64,000 nucleotides of DNA from Promethearchaeota archaeon Loki_b32 (GTDB taxonomy: Archaea > Asgardarchaeota > Lokiarchaeia > Sigyniarchaeales > SOKP01). The notes beneath the pieces are model-generated. The model ran no database searches. It was not told where the DNA came from and saw nothing but the letters and a program-made list of their open reading frames with translations. Positions 1 to 8,553 of the stretch are shown here, piece after piece. The translations under genes were made by a program, and so were the position numbers. The stretch spans positions 100,995-164,994 of the forward strand of contig NJBH01000004.1 in assembly GCA_005223125.1 (NCBI GenBank), read 5' to 3'. Every line of letters starts with the position of its first letter. The first letter of the stretch is position 1.

Positions 1-2
1 CA

Positions 3-86
3 CATCAAGATGAGCTTAAATTTTTTACTTTAGACAAAAATTCAAAAAATGGTTATAAACCAATTAATTATGCTATTCTAACTTGA
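3..86 (+). CDS. 3' end of an upstream gene (partial, unknown function)
   Basis: An open frame enters from the window edge (...HQDELKFFTLDKNSKNGYKPINYAILT*). Its TGA is at 84-86, 28 nt before the E1 start on the same strand. Confidence 0.3.
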   Translation, partial: HQDELKFFTLDKNSKNGYKPINYAILT

Positions 87-114
87 ATTTAAAATAACTC
101 ATTAATTCGAATAA

Positions 115-999
115 ATGCAAAAAGAAGAAAAAAAGAGAGAAGATGTGAAAGTCTTTGAGATTGACTCCATAGATTCCGACATTTTCGATCGGCAAAAAAG
201 AATTTTAGGTTGGGACCAAAAGAAAATTTCAGATGCCTCAGTTATGGTGATTGGTGTAGGAGCGACAGGTAATGAAGTTGTTAAAAACTTAATTTTAACA
301 GGAATAGGCAAATTAATTTTAATAGACTACGATTTCATAAACATCTCAAATTTAAATCGTTGTGTGCTATTTAATAGTCAGAGCGCTCAAAATAAAGATT
401 ATAAAGTCGATGTTGTGAAAAATGCGTGTGAAGAATTAAATCCTGATACAGAAGTCATAGCGATAAAAAAGGATTTAAAAGATATTGATAAAACACTCTA
501 TGAAAAATCTGACGTCGTTTGCTCATGTTTAGACAACGTTGAAGCTAGAATAGAAGCAAATAATTATGCTTATTATAATGGGGTCCCTTTTGTGGACTCT
601 GGGATTGAGGAATTTTTTGGGAGTATTCAATCAGTCTATTCTGGAGAAGATGATGCCGCATGCTTACAATGTAATGTTTCTAATGCAGATTTAGATTTAA
701 TGTGGAAAAAATATTCATGCACGGGGCAAGAAATTGAAGGTGAAAATGGAGAAACTATAGCAAAAATTGCAACAATCATAACCACAACCTCAATTATTGG
801 AGGATTACAATCACAACAAGTATTGAAATTTCTTTTAGGGATAGATTATTTTAAAGAAAAAGGTAAATGGAATCCTCATATTGGGAGCCCTTTAATTGGC
901 AAACAATTGAATTATAATGGTTTATTAAATAGATTTAATATAATTGAAAAATTAAAGAATCCCGATTGTTGGACTTGCTCCTATAAAAAGAAGGACTAG
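115..999 (+). CDS. E1-like ubiquitin-activating enzyme (ThiF/MoeB/UBA family, single-domain)
   Basis: Has the Rossmann motif VMVIGVGATGNEV. Has an ISNLNRCVLF box resembling eukaryotic E1 NLNRQFLF. Has two CxxC pairs (CLQC, CWTC) typical of the E1/MoeB zinc site. Confidence 0.85.
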   Translation: MQKEEKKREDVKVFEIDSIDSDIFDRQKRILGWDQKKISDASVMVIGVGATGNEVVKNLILTGIGKLILIDYDFINISNLNRCVLFNSQSAQNKDYKVDVVKNACEELNPDTEVIAIKKDLKDIDKTLYEKSDVVCSCLDNVEARIEANNYAYYNGVPFVDSGIEEFFGSIQSVYSGEDDAACLQCNVSNADLDLMWKKYSCTGQEIEGENGETIAKIATIITTTSIIGGLQSQQVLKFLLGIDYFKEKGKWNPHIGSPLIGKQLNYNGLLNRFNIIEKLKNPDCWTCSYKKKD

Positions 1000-1104
1000 T
1001 TTAAGTTCGAAAAGAATATAATTAATTAAACAAAAAGTAATAAATAATAAGATCATCATTTTATAAGTTAATATCTAATAAATTTAAATTAAGGGTTAAT
1101 AAAA

Positions 1105-1668
1105 ATGCCTGAGCTGCCTTTTGAAATATGGAAAGATAGAATTGAAAATGAACTTAAATCTATTAAGAAATTAGAAGTATTGGATGAGAAATCATTAATT
1201 AGAGCTAATAATAGTGTAGAATTCACGATAAAATTAAATGCCTTAGGAATAATAAAAAAAGGTGAGGATTATATTCCTCAAAAGTCTCATAGAATCTTTT
1301 TGAAAATCAATAGAGCATTTCCTTATCCTGGAGGAATAGATTTTTCATGGCTAACCAATATCTTTCACCCAAATATCCATCCTGTTGGTATTTCTTTGAA
1401 TTCCCCGGGCACAGGTTATATTTGTTTAAATGTTTTAAAAAAATGGTCTAGATTATCTGATTTGGAAACTACAGTTAAAGCCTTAAAACTCTTGGTTAAA
1501 AATCCTAATCCTGATGATCCACTCAATTATCCAATTTGTTTAGAAGCAGCAGAATTCTTTAGAAAAAAAACTATGGAAGATTTTGAAAAAGATTTAGATC
1601 TTAAGGAAGTTGTTGTAGAAGAGGTTGAAGAAAATGATGATGATGATATCATTATCATCGATGATTAA
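1105..1668 (+). CDS. E2 ubiquitin-conjugating enzyme (UBC fold) with acidic C-terminal tail
   Basis: The UBC signature FHPNIHPVG...GYICLNVLKKW (HPN motif plus catalytic Cys) is followed by NPNPDDPLN. The C-terminus is EENDDDDIIIIDD. Confidence 0.85.
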   Translation: MPELPFEIWKDRIENELKSIKKLEVLDEKSLIRANNSVEFTIKLNALGIIKKGEDYIPQKSHRIFLKINRAFPYPGGIDFSWLTNIFHPNIHPVGISLNSPGTGYICLNVLKKWSRLSDLETTVKALKLLVKNPNPDDPLNYPICLEAAEFFRKKTMEDFEKDLDLKEVVVEEVEENDDDDIIIIDD

Positions 1669-1687
1669 AAGTCATTTCTACTTATTT

Positions 1688-1963
1688 TTATAGATATCTG
1701 CCACCAATAACTTTTGCCCATAGAATTAATTTATCATTCTCTTCTAAGCCAAATTTATGAATCGCATCAGCAACTGTTATTGTACTCGGTAGCTCTTGAT
1801 CCTTAAGAACCAAAGAATAAGATCTTTGCTCCGCACTAATAATACCCATATGTTTAATAATTATATCGACTATCCGCTCAATTTGATGATGTGTTTTTAC
1901 ATCTAATTTAATTAACTTTCCCGTTCTTGAATCTTCAACTGTTATTCTCACTTTTTTTCGCAC
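1688..1963 (-). CDS. Ubiquitin-like small modifier precursor (GG followed by a 3-residue tail)
   Basis: 91 aa with a GTG start. The C-terminus is ...WAKVIGG-RYL*. Length and alternating hydrophobic pattern are compatible with a beta-grasp fold. It is convergent with E2, 19 bp away. Confidence 0.7.
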   Translation of the reverse strand: MRKKVRITVEDSRTGKLIKLDVKTHHQIERIVDIIIKHMGIISAEQRSYSLVLKDQELPSTITVADAIHKFGLEENDKLILWAKVIGGRYL

Positions 1964-2410
1964 CTTTCATTTTATTATATAATTTAAATATTGTTTAAGT
2001 TATTTTATAATCTTTTTCATTTAATTATTGATTCCATACTTTTTATCTTAATTAGAGGTTTTAAGTAGAATTTTCTATATTTCTATTTCTAACTATTAAA
2101 TAAACTATAAATCCAAAGAAAAAGGGGATTATCCAGACAATTAGATAACTTCTCCGTGAAAATTAAAGATTAATTTAAATATTAACAAGTCTTATCAAAT
2201 CAACGAGTGTTAACTCTTATGTATCGATCTAAAGATGACGAATAAGAGTATCCTTCCACTTTTTATACTCATTGTCTCTGGTTTACATTGTTATGAGATT
2301 TTACAATTATGTAGCAATTTATTAATTAAATGTATTTACATGATCCAATAAGAATTTAACCTAATTTAACAATCATTATAATACTTCCTTTTTTCATTTT
2401 TCTGTTTGTT

Positions 2411-2437
2411 CTTTCGTGCTAAACATTTTTACGAAAG
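2411..2437. promoter_or_regulatory. Perfect 7-bp inverted repeat (ctttcgt-N13-acgaaag) about 60 nt upstream of the 2498 start
   Basis: Read directly in the 534-bp spacer between the Ubl gene and the 417-aa gene. Could be an operator or hairpin; function unknown. Confidence 0.25.
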
Positions 2438-2497
2438 TTAATTATCTGTCAATAATTTCTTAGTTTATAACTTAAAACACTAATTATTGAATACGTC

Positions 2498-3751
2498 ATG
2501 AACGATACTGAAAATGATGAAATAAAAAAGTCTGCGAATTCTGAGAATCAAGAAGAAAAAAGGAAGAAACCAGAAAAGCGAGCAAGAAAGTCGCAAGGTC
2601 AAATGATTCAAGAAGCACTTGGTTTAGGTCCGACAGATATTCAAGATGTTGAGAAGAAGCTCTTTATTGTACGCTTTTTAGATTATTTCTCTGAAGAAAC
2701 TTTAGACTTCATCTTTAAGGATAACACAATAAATCAATATACCAAACAAATTACAACTCATATGGAGGATTTTAGTACAAAGGGGGAAGAAGATATACTT
2801 TTAAAGCAAAGTTTCGAATCAAAAAGGATTTTAGAAACAGTTCATAAATTAAAAGGGAAAGCGGAAGAAATTGCCTCTAGTAAAGGGATAAAAGGGTCAA
2901 TGGATAAACGTTTGCGTAGGCTTACTTTGTATCTTACAGCACCAATGTTTGCTCTGATTATAGTCTCATTCTTTTTCACACAAATAACCTACTTTATACT
3001 TCCAGTTTTGTGTGTATTTTGTATGTTGCCTCAAGTAGTTAGAGGTAGGGTTACTAAGAAATGGTTTGAATTTAAAGAGCAGAATAAAAATCAGATTTAT
3101 TCTGAATATCGAGAAGATATTATGATTTTGAAAGGTTTTACGGGAGAAACTTTAGATAATGTTAGAGCGAGGCTAATAGAACTGAAAGTACCATTACAGT
3201 TGATTAAATTTATGCTATATAGCAGAGATTATGAAAATCTAAGATTATTAAATCAAAAGAATATAAGAGGTACAAAGCAATATTTCTATACTTTTGAATA
3301 CCCTCAAGGAGTAGAACCATTTCCAATACCACAGCAACTTCTACAATATCAACAACCTATAATCCCAAAGAAAGCAGAAAAATTGGAGAAAAATTTCATC
3401 GTTCTTTCTGAAATGAAAGGGAGAGATGGAGTTATCAATTATTTTGTACCGACTCTGAAAGATAAATATGCAGAGAAAATTAATGAGATGTTAAATAATT
3501 CTAAATTTAGCAAAGCTCCAAATGATTTCGCTACTATTATGCCTAATTATTCAGAAAATATGGTGATTTATTGCGTCTGTGGTCAAGTAGTAGAAATTAA
3601 CAATGTACAAATTTGCAATTGGAAAGACCAATTCAAATTTTACCTATTTGAAGGAGAACAATGTAATTGTGAAGAAACTGTATACGCTCTTTCTTTAATG
3701 GATGAATCTGCAGAAGTACCCGAAGAATTAAAAGATATTTTCTTAAGTTAA
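2498..3751 (+). CDS. Membrane protein of unknown function with charged N-terminus, two TM helices and a Cys-rich C-terminal knuckle
   Basis: Long clean ORF. Hydrophobic stretch LYLTAPMFALIIVSFFFTQITYFILPVLCVFCMLPQVV. C-terminal pattern YCVCG-x13-C-x19-CNC. No family recognised. Confidence 0.6.
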   Translation: MNDTENDEIKKSANSENQEEKRKKPEKRARKSQGQMIQEALGLGPTDIQDVEKKLFIVRFLDYFSEETLDFIFKDNTINQYTKQITTHMEDFSTKGEEDILLKQSFESKRILETVHKLKGKAEEIASSKGIKGSMDKRLRRLTLYLTAPMFALIIVSFFFTQITYFILPVLCVFCMLPQVVRGRVTKKWFEFKEQNKNQIYSEYREDIMILKGFTGETLDNVRARLIELKVPLQLIKFMLYSRDYENLRLLNQKNIRGTKQYFYTFEYPQGVEPFPIPQQLLQYQQPIIPKKAEKLEKNFIVLSEMKGRDGVINYFVPTLKDKYAEKINEMLNNSKFSKAPNDFATIMPNYSENMVIYCVCGQVVEINNVQICNWKDQFKFYLFEGEQCNCEETVYALSLMDESAEVPEELKDIFLS

Positions 3752-3761
3752 TTTATTATTT

Positions 3762-5111
3762 CTATTTCTTTTTTATTTTTGAATGCCAATCAAAAAGTAA
3801 TTTATATCCTCTAACAGCTCGTTCTATCTCATTTTTAAAAATAGGAATTTTTAGTTCTGAAGCAGATTTAATAACTCTTTTAGCTCCTTCACGTTCTGCT
3901 TGAATTAGTATTGTAATTATTGGTTTGTTAGGAAAAGTTTTTTTAATTTTCTCAAAGATATTAAAATCGAATTCAATTTCGATGAAAAATTCTAAAGCTA
4001 ATATTAAACCATCAACAGCATTATCTTGTAATAATGTTTTTGAAGATGTATTATAGATTTCACAAATTTTAGTACCAACAAACCTTTCTGGTGGCCAATA
4101 ATCAACTGGATTCCCTAAATTACATGTCGAACCCCTTACCTTATTAAGAATAATGTCTTTATGTTCTTTACTTACTTTAGCAAGTGATAATCCCTGATTT
4201 CTCATTTCTTTGACAATTAAATAAATTGCTCCTGAACTTGGCCCAACTATTCCCAGATTAGACCCTTTAGGTTCTGGACACCATAAAAATATTTTTGCTA
4301 AATCAAATAGTTCTATATAATTTAAAACGCTGATCCCACCAACTTCAATTAACTTTTGTTCCCTAAATTCATCTTTCCCTACATAAAAAAATAAAACGGG
4401 CTTAATCATAGCAACCTCTTCCACAGCATCAATTATACCATCTGTAATTTCTCTTAAAAAAAGAGAAATTACTTTGGTTTTCTCATCTTCTTTGAAATAT
4501 TCTAAGACATCTGCGTCATTAATGTCGAAGCCGTATCCTAAATGTATCACCTTAGAAATGGGTAATTCTTGAGATGGTGCCCACCACCCCATAGCTCCAG
4601 CTAATCCTCCTGATTGGGCAATAAAACTAATCCCTTCCTTTACTTTTCTATGTCTTTGCATAAGATACTGTCTTACAGGTATTATAGAGGTAGTAAAATT
4701 ATTATTGAAATTAATAATACCCAACATTGAAGGTCCCATAAATGAGACTCCATACTTCTCACTTATATTAAGTAACTCATCTATCAATATTGGATCTTCA
4801 GTTTCAATTCGAAATTCTGATTCAATAGCAATATTTTTTACTCCAAATTTCGCTAATTTTTCAAAAATTTCAGCTATTTTTCTCCCTACTACTACTACAG
4901 TTAATTCGGGAACCTCGGGGAGCTCGTCTAAAGAATGATAGGATTTAATACCCAAAATCTCATCTGCATTAGGATTTAAAACATATAATTTTCCGCGATA
5001 AAAAATTTCTAAAAGATTCTTTAAAATAGTGTAGCTAAAAGTATAGGCTTTTCTTGAGACTCCGACTATTAAAATACTTTTCGGGTTAAAGAAAGGTTCG
5101 AGGTTTTTCAA
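3762..5111 (-). CDS. CoA-binding domain protein related to NDP-forming acyl-CoA synthetase alpha subunits
   Basis: N-terminal FNPKSILIVGVSRK (CoA-binding Rossmann) and a FIAQSGGLAG motif resembling the SQSG box of succinyl/acetyl-CoA ligase alpha domains. Confidence 0.65.
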   Translation of the reverse strand: MKNLEPFFNPKSILIVGVSRKAYTFSYTILKNLLEIFYRGKLYVLNPNADEILGIKSYHSLDELPEVPELTVVVVGRKIAEIFEKLAKFGVKNIAIESEFRIETEDPILIDELLNISEKYGVSFMGPSMLGIINFNNNFTTSIIPVRQYLMQRHRKVKEGISFIAQSGGLAGAMGWWAPSQELPISKVIHLGYGFDINDADVLEYFKEDEKTKVISLFLREITDGIIDAVEEVAMIKPVLFFYVGKDEFREQKLIEVGGISVLNYIELFDLAKIFLWCPEPKGSNLGIVGPSSGAIYLIVKEMRNQGLSLAKVSKEHKDIILNKVRGSTCNLGNPVDYWPPERFVGTKICEIYNTSSKTLLQDNAVDGLILALEFFIEIEFDFNIFEKIKKTFPNKPIITILIQAEREGAKRVIKSASELKIPIFKNEIERAVRGYKLLFDWHSKIKKK

Positions 5112-5269
5112 GATAAGTTTTCAAATGGTTATAAAATTATTTAATTTTAGAATAATTGCAATCTATAATATTTCATAATTAAAACAGACTTATTTAAGTA
5201 TTTTATATAAATCATAAATAATAGATTATTCAATGATTTTATATAGCAGAAATAATTGTTCTAGGTCTT

Positions 5270-5828
5270 TTGTTTGGAATAGTTAATACTATGGTTCTAC
5301 ATTTAGCAAAAGCTATGGAGATGCATGGAATAGAAATTTTTTCAAGAAAGAAAACTTTCAAGCAAAAAGGAAAGAAGCCTTTAATCTATATAATTGGTTT
5401 TGCTTTGAATAATACAGTAATTATTTGGCAAATTTTAGGAACAACTTTTGCCTCAGCAGCTGTTTTTTCTAGTGGTTTTGGTTTAGGATTAATATTGTTG
5501 ATGTTATATTCACATTATATTTTACATGAAGAAATCAAAACTCCTGAGCTAATTGGAGCCCTATTAATTTTTTCTTGGATTATTAGCCCTTACCCTTACT
5601 CAAATAGGTTATGCTAAGGGGACTGAAGCATCAAAATTAGTCCCAATGTATAATTCATTATATATAACAGGTCCTGTTATTTTTGAACTAATAATTATAG
5701 AAGGAGCAACAGTCTCAATTGGGATAATTCTTTCAATCATAGTTATTATAGGAGGTGTTTTCTTAATGAATATCTTCAAAAAAAATGAAGAAGAATTGAA
5801 TAGTGAAAAAATGAATTCTCTGAACTGA
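5270..5828 (+). pseudogene. Multi-pass membrane transporter-like gene split by a frameshift in a T6 run
   Basis: ORFs 5270-5617 and 5646-5828 are both hydrophobic. The second frame is already open from 5568 and reads ..FFLGLLALTLTQIGYAKGTEASKLVPMYN.., so the two join across tttttt at 5568-5573. Confidence 0.45.
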
Positions 5829-5906
5829 ATTTAAATTATCTAATAAAATACAGCATCAGGTATTCTGCAATATAAAACAATAATATAATTTTAAATTAGG
5901 ATTAAT

Positions 5907-6539
5907 CTAAGTTTTAGCAAGCTCTAATTCATAAATAGGGATTTCTCTCCTCTTCTTGGCATCATATAAAGGCAATCCCGATTTTTTTAAAAATTCTGGA
6001 GTTTTATATTTCAGAATTACAGTTTGGCAACTGCTAGAGATCTTCATACGGGCAACACGAAGCCTATCTCGTACTAATGGTAAATCTCTAAGATAAGCAC
6101 CCACTTCGAGTACTATTTGTCCTGCTCGAACACGGGCACAAACTCCAGTGGATCTTCCAAATGAGTTTCTCATGCCTGATTGTACGCGATCTGCACCGGC
6201 AAATGCCAACATTCTGTTCTCTCTATATTTTTGAAATGGTTTTGGTCGTATTCGAAGTCGATAATTTTGTCTACCAAGTTTTCTTTGGAGAACACCGTTG
6301 ACAGTGATTCTAATTGCTTCAAGAGTGTTTGAAGATATCTGAATTTGAGAATTTACCTTCAAACCAACTACAAGCTCAAAGTCTTCCCAAGGTATCTCTT
6401 TAGCCCCACCCCAGAACCTTACAATCTTGCTTTGCGCGCCACCACGTGCATATTCGCGTCTGCGATTTGATGATCTTTTATATTGATAAGGTCTCCTTGA
6501 CCATTTTGAATAACAATGCCATGGACGCTTATGGGCGAT
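5907..6539 (-). CDS. rpl10e: Ribosomal protein uL16 (L10e); true N-terminus lies upstream of the ORF-track start
   Basis: Has MLAFAGADRVQSGMRNSFGRSTGVCARV and the conserved N-terminal KRPWHCY..RRPY box. These are encoded in frame upstream of the track's TTG (6362). The frame is closed by TGA at 6546-6548, and ATC (6537-6539) sits at the Met position. Confidence 0.85.
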   Translation of the reverse strand: MAHKRPWHCYSKWSRRPYQYKRSSNRRREYARGGAQSKIVRFWGGAKEIPWEDFELVVGLKVNSQIQISSNTLEAIRITVNGVLQRKLGRQNYRLRIRPKPFQKYRENRMLAFAGADRVQSGMRNSFGRSTGVCARVRAGQIVLEVGAYLRDLPLVRDRLRVARMKISSSCQTVILKYKTPEFLKKSGLPLYDAKKRREIPIYELELAKT

Positions 6540-6545
6540 GCCAAA

Positions 6546-6550
6546 TCACC
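6546..6550 (-). promoter_or_regulatory. GGTGA Shine-Dalgarno box 6 nt upstream of the ATC codon of uL16
   Basis: The minus strand reads GGTGA-tttggc-ATC. The same GGTGA-N6-start spacing occurs at 34515 (ATG), 61828 (TTG), 40615 (TTG) and 45421 (CTG). Confidence 0.5.
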
Positions 6551-6744
6551 TTTTTGGTTAATCTATTTCAAGTTATTTGAGAATTGGTTAATTTAATTAA
6601 ATAAAATTTTTTTTATTACAATTGTTTAAAATTTGTTATTTCTAATAAGTTTTATTATAGCTATTGTCTACTGGATTGTTCAAATGATAATAAAAAGAAA
6701 ACTTACCTTGAGATAATAATTAAAAAAAAAATCATTAAGATTGG

Positions 6745-7158
6745 TTATTTTTTATTGAATTCATCTGGATTTCCACCAGATTCAAGGTGTTCTGCGTACT
6801 TTTTTAAACTTTTTAAGAGCATTTCTCCAGCGATTCCTAAAATAGTTTCTTGGTTTGCATCATCAAATTCAGTCCAGATTGTAGCTTCTATAATATCCCC
6901 CTTAGGTTTTAAAATATAACCCAAGCTTGTCATGGGGCTCCCTTCTTGAGTTGCAGCAAGACTTTCAGGTGCATTTGTTTCTATACGAGTAGACGTTATA
7001 TCTCCAACATTAGTTTTAAAAAAGTAATTACCTTCACCAAGTTTAGTAACTTCATTAACAACAATATTCCACTTGGGATAATTATCATCATCGTCAATAA
7101 TTTGCCAAACTTTATCTTGAGATGCAGCAATATCGATTGTTCTTTCCAATTTTGGCAT
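6745..7158 (-). CDS. SRPBCC (START/polyketide-cyclase-like) family protein
   Basis: N-terminus RTIDIAASQDKVWQIIDD is typical of SRPBCC proteins. It is a paralog of 61161-61601 and shares the C-terminus GGNPDEFNKK. Confidence 0.65.
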   Translation of the reverse strand: MPKLERTIDIAASQDKVWQIIDDDDNYPKWNIVVNEVTKLGEGNYFFKTNVGDITSTRIETNAPESLAATQEGSPMTSLGYILKPKGDIIEATIWTEFDDANQETILGIAGEMLLKSLKKYAEHLESGGNPDEFNKK

Positions 7159-7360
7159 TACTTTAACACCATTAGAATTTCTTTTATTAATAATAATAAT
7201 GTGTAAAGAGATTGTTTAAAGTTATTAATAAAAGTTTTGATTTGTGTTTTTATATTCAATAACACTCAAAATTAAATAAGCTCCACATTTAAATTCTATA
7301 TAGAATAACCACATTATTCTCCTTAAACTTGATTTGAGAAATGTTTTCATCTTATAAATT

Positions 7361-8503
7361 ATGATAAATCAAGAAACCGCGTTAAGTCAAAAAACCGAAT
7401 TATTGTGTAAAGGGTTGTATCTCGATAATTCTTTAATCCCCCAGTATAAAGAACAAGGAATTAACATAGATTTCGGACGAAAAGGAGGAGCAGGTCCATC
7501 TGGAGGAAGATATTTTTTATTAGAAGAAGGTTCCAGTTTAGTAAATGTTGCTCTCTGGAATACACCCAATAATAGGGAATTATTTTTAAAAGATTACAAG
7601 AATGGTTATTTTGAAGTGTTTAATGAAAAGAATAAAGAATCATTTGGAAGATTAAAGTTAATTCAAAACCCCCGATTTTATAGTCCTAATTTTAAAACTT
7701 CTGACGGAATTCCAATGAAAAAGATAGCTTTAGTACATGGAATAGACTGTCTTGCAAGTACAATATATCAAAAATGTGTTTATTGGGGATGTGGAGAGGC
7801 ATGTACCTTCTGTGGTATTGAAGTTAGTCTACAAAATGATGCAACTATATTAGAAAAGAATGCTAAACAGATGTCAGAGGTAATCACCATGGCGAAAAAA
7901 GAAGGTAGATGCTCTCACATGACACTAACAAGTGGTACAGATGAAACTGTCGACAAGGGAGCTAATCGTTATGTAAAATTATTAAAAGGAGTTAAAAGTG
8001 ACCATCCAGATATTCCAATTCATGTACAAATTGAAGCCTTAGAAGATTTAATCTATATTAATAAATTAAAAGAAGCGGGAGCAGATACCATTGGGATTCA
8101 TATAGAAGTTTTAGATAATACTTTAAGAAAGGAAATTACCCCAGGTAAATTCAGTATTTCCTATAATTTATTTGAAAAAAACTGGAAGCATGCGATTGAT
8201 ACTTTTGGCAAAAACCAAGTTAGTAGTTATGTTTTAACGGGATTTGGAGAATCTAAGGGTGAGTTCATAAAAGATATTGAAAAAGTCATCTCATTAGGAG
8301 TTATACCGTATATAACACCAGTAAGACCTATTCCAGGTAAAAGATATTTACCTAACACCAATTTTGAAGATTTACTAGACATATATAAAGACAGTGGAAA
8401 ACTGATGAGGGTATATGGAGTTAATCCTTTAGAAAATAAAGCTGGATGTGTTCGATGCGGGGGTTGCTCAGCGATTAAAGAAGCTTACATTGAAGCGAAA
8501 TAA
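7361..8503 (+). CDS. Radical SAM protein with about 140-aa N-terminal extension
   Basis: CGEACTFCG gives the CxxxCxxC cluster motif. A TIM-barrel-like alternating pattern follows. The C-terminus contains CVRCGGCS. Confidence 0.75.
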   Translation: MINQETALSQKTELLCKGLYLDNSLIPQYKEQGINIDFGRKGGAGPSGGRYFLLEEGSSLVNVALWNTPNNRELFLKDYKNGYFEVFNEKNKESFGRLKLIQNPRFYSPNFKTSDGIPMKKIALVHGIDCLASTIYQKCVYWGCGEACTFCGIEVSLQNDATILEKNAKQMSEVITMAKKEGRCSHMTLTSGTDETVDKGANRYVKLLKGVKSDHPDIPIHVQIEALEDLIYINKLKEAGADTIGIHIEVLDNTLRKEITPGKFSISYNLFEKNWKHAIDTFGKNQVSSYVLTGFGESKGEFIKDIEKVISLGVIPYITPVRPIPGKRYLPNTNFEDLLDIYKDSGKLMRVYGVNPLENKAGCVRCGGCSAIKEAYIEAK

Positions 8504-8553
8504 ATCAGTAAAAAAGTAGAAAAAAATAAAAAAAAAATAACATATCTTTCAAT

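Noticed and set aside
102-311. A set of track ORFs lying antisense to long, well-supported genes. It includes 102-311 and also 4705-4938, 6946-7206, 7387-7569, 8777-9058, 10017-10331, 12647-12859, 12867-13097, 13935-14159, 15514-15699, 21958-22203, 32202-32438, 34045-34451, 37093-37293, 38180-38598, 39121-39327, 43052-43273, 48451-48636, 54096-54299, 58175-59593 and 63561-63773.
   Set aside because: These are shadow ORFs with low-complexity or odd composition. Each lies fully inside a gene with clear family motifs on the other strand.
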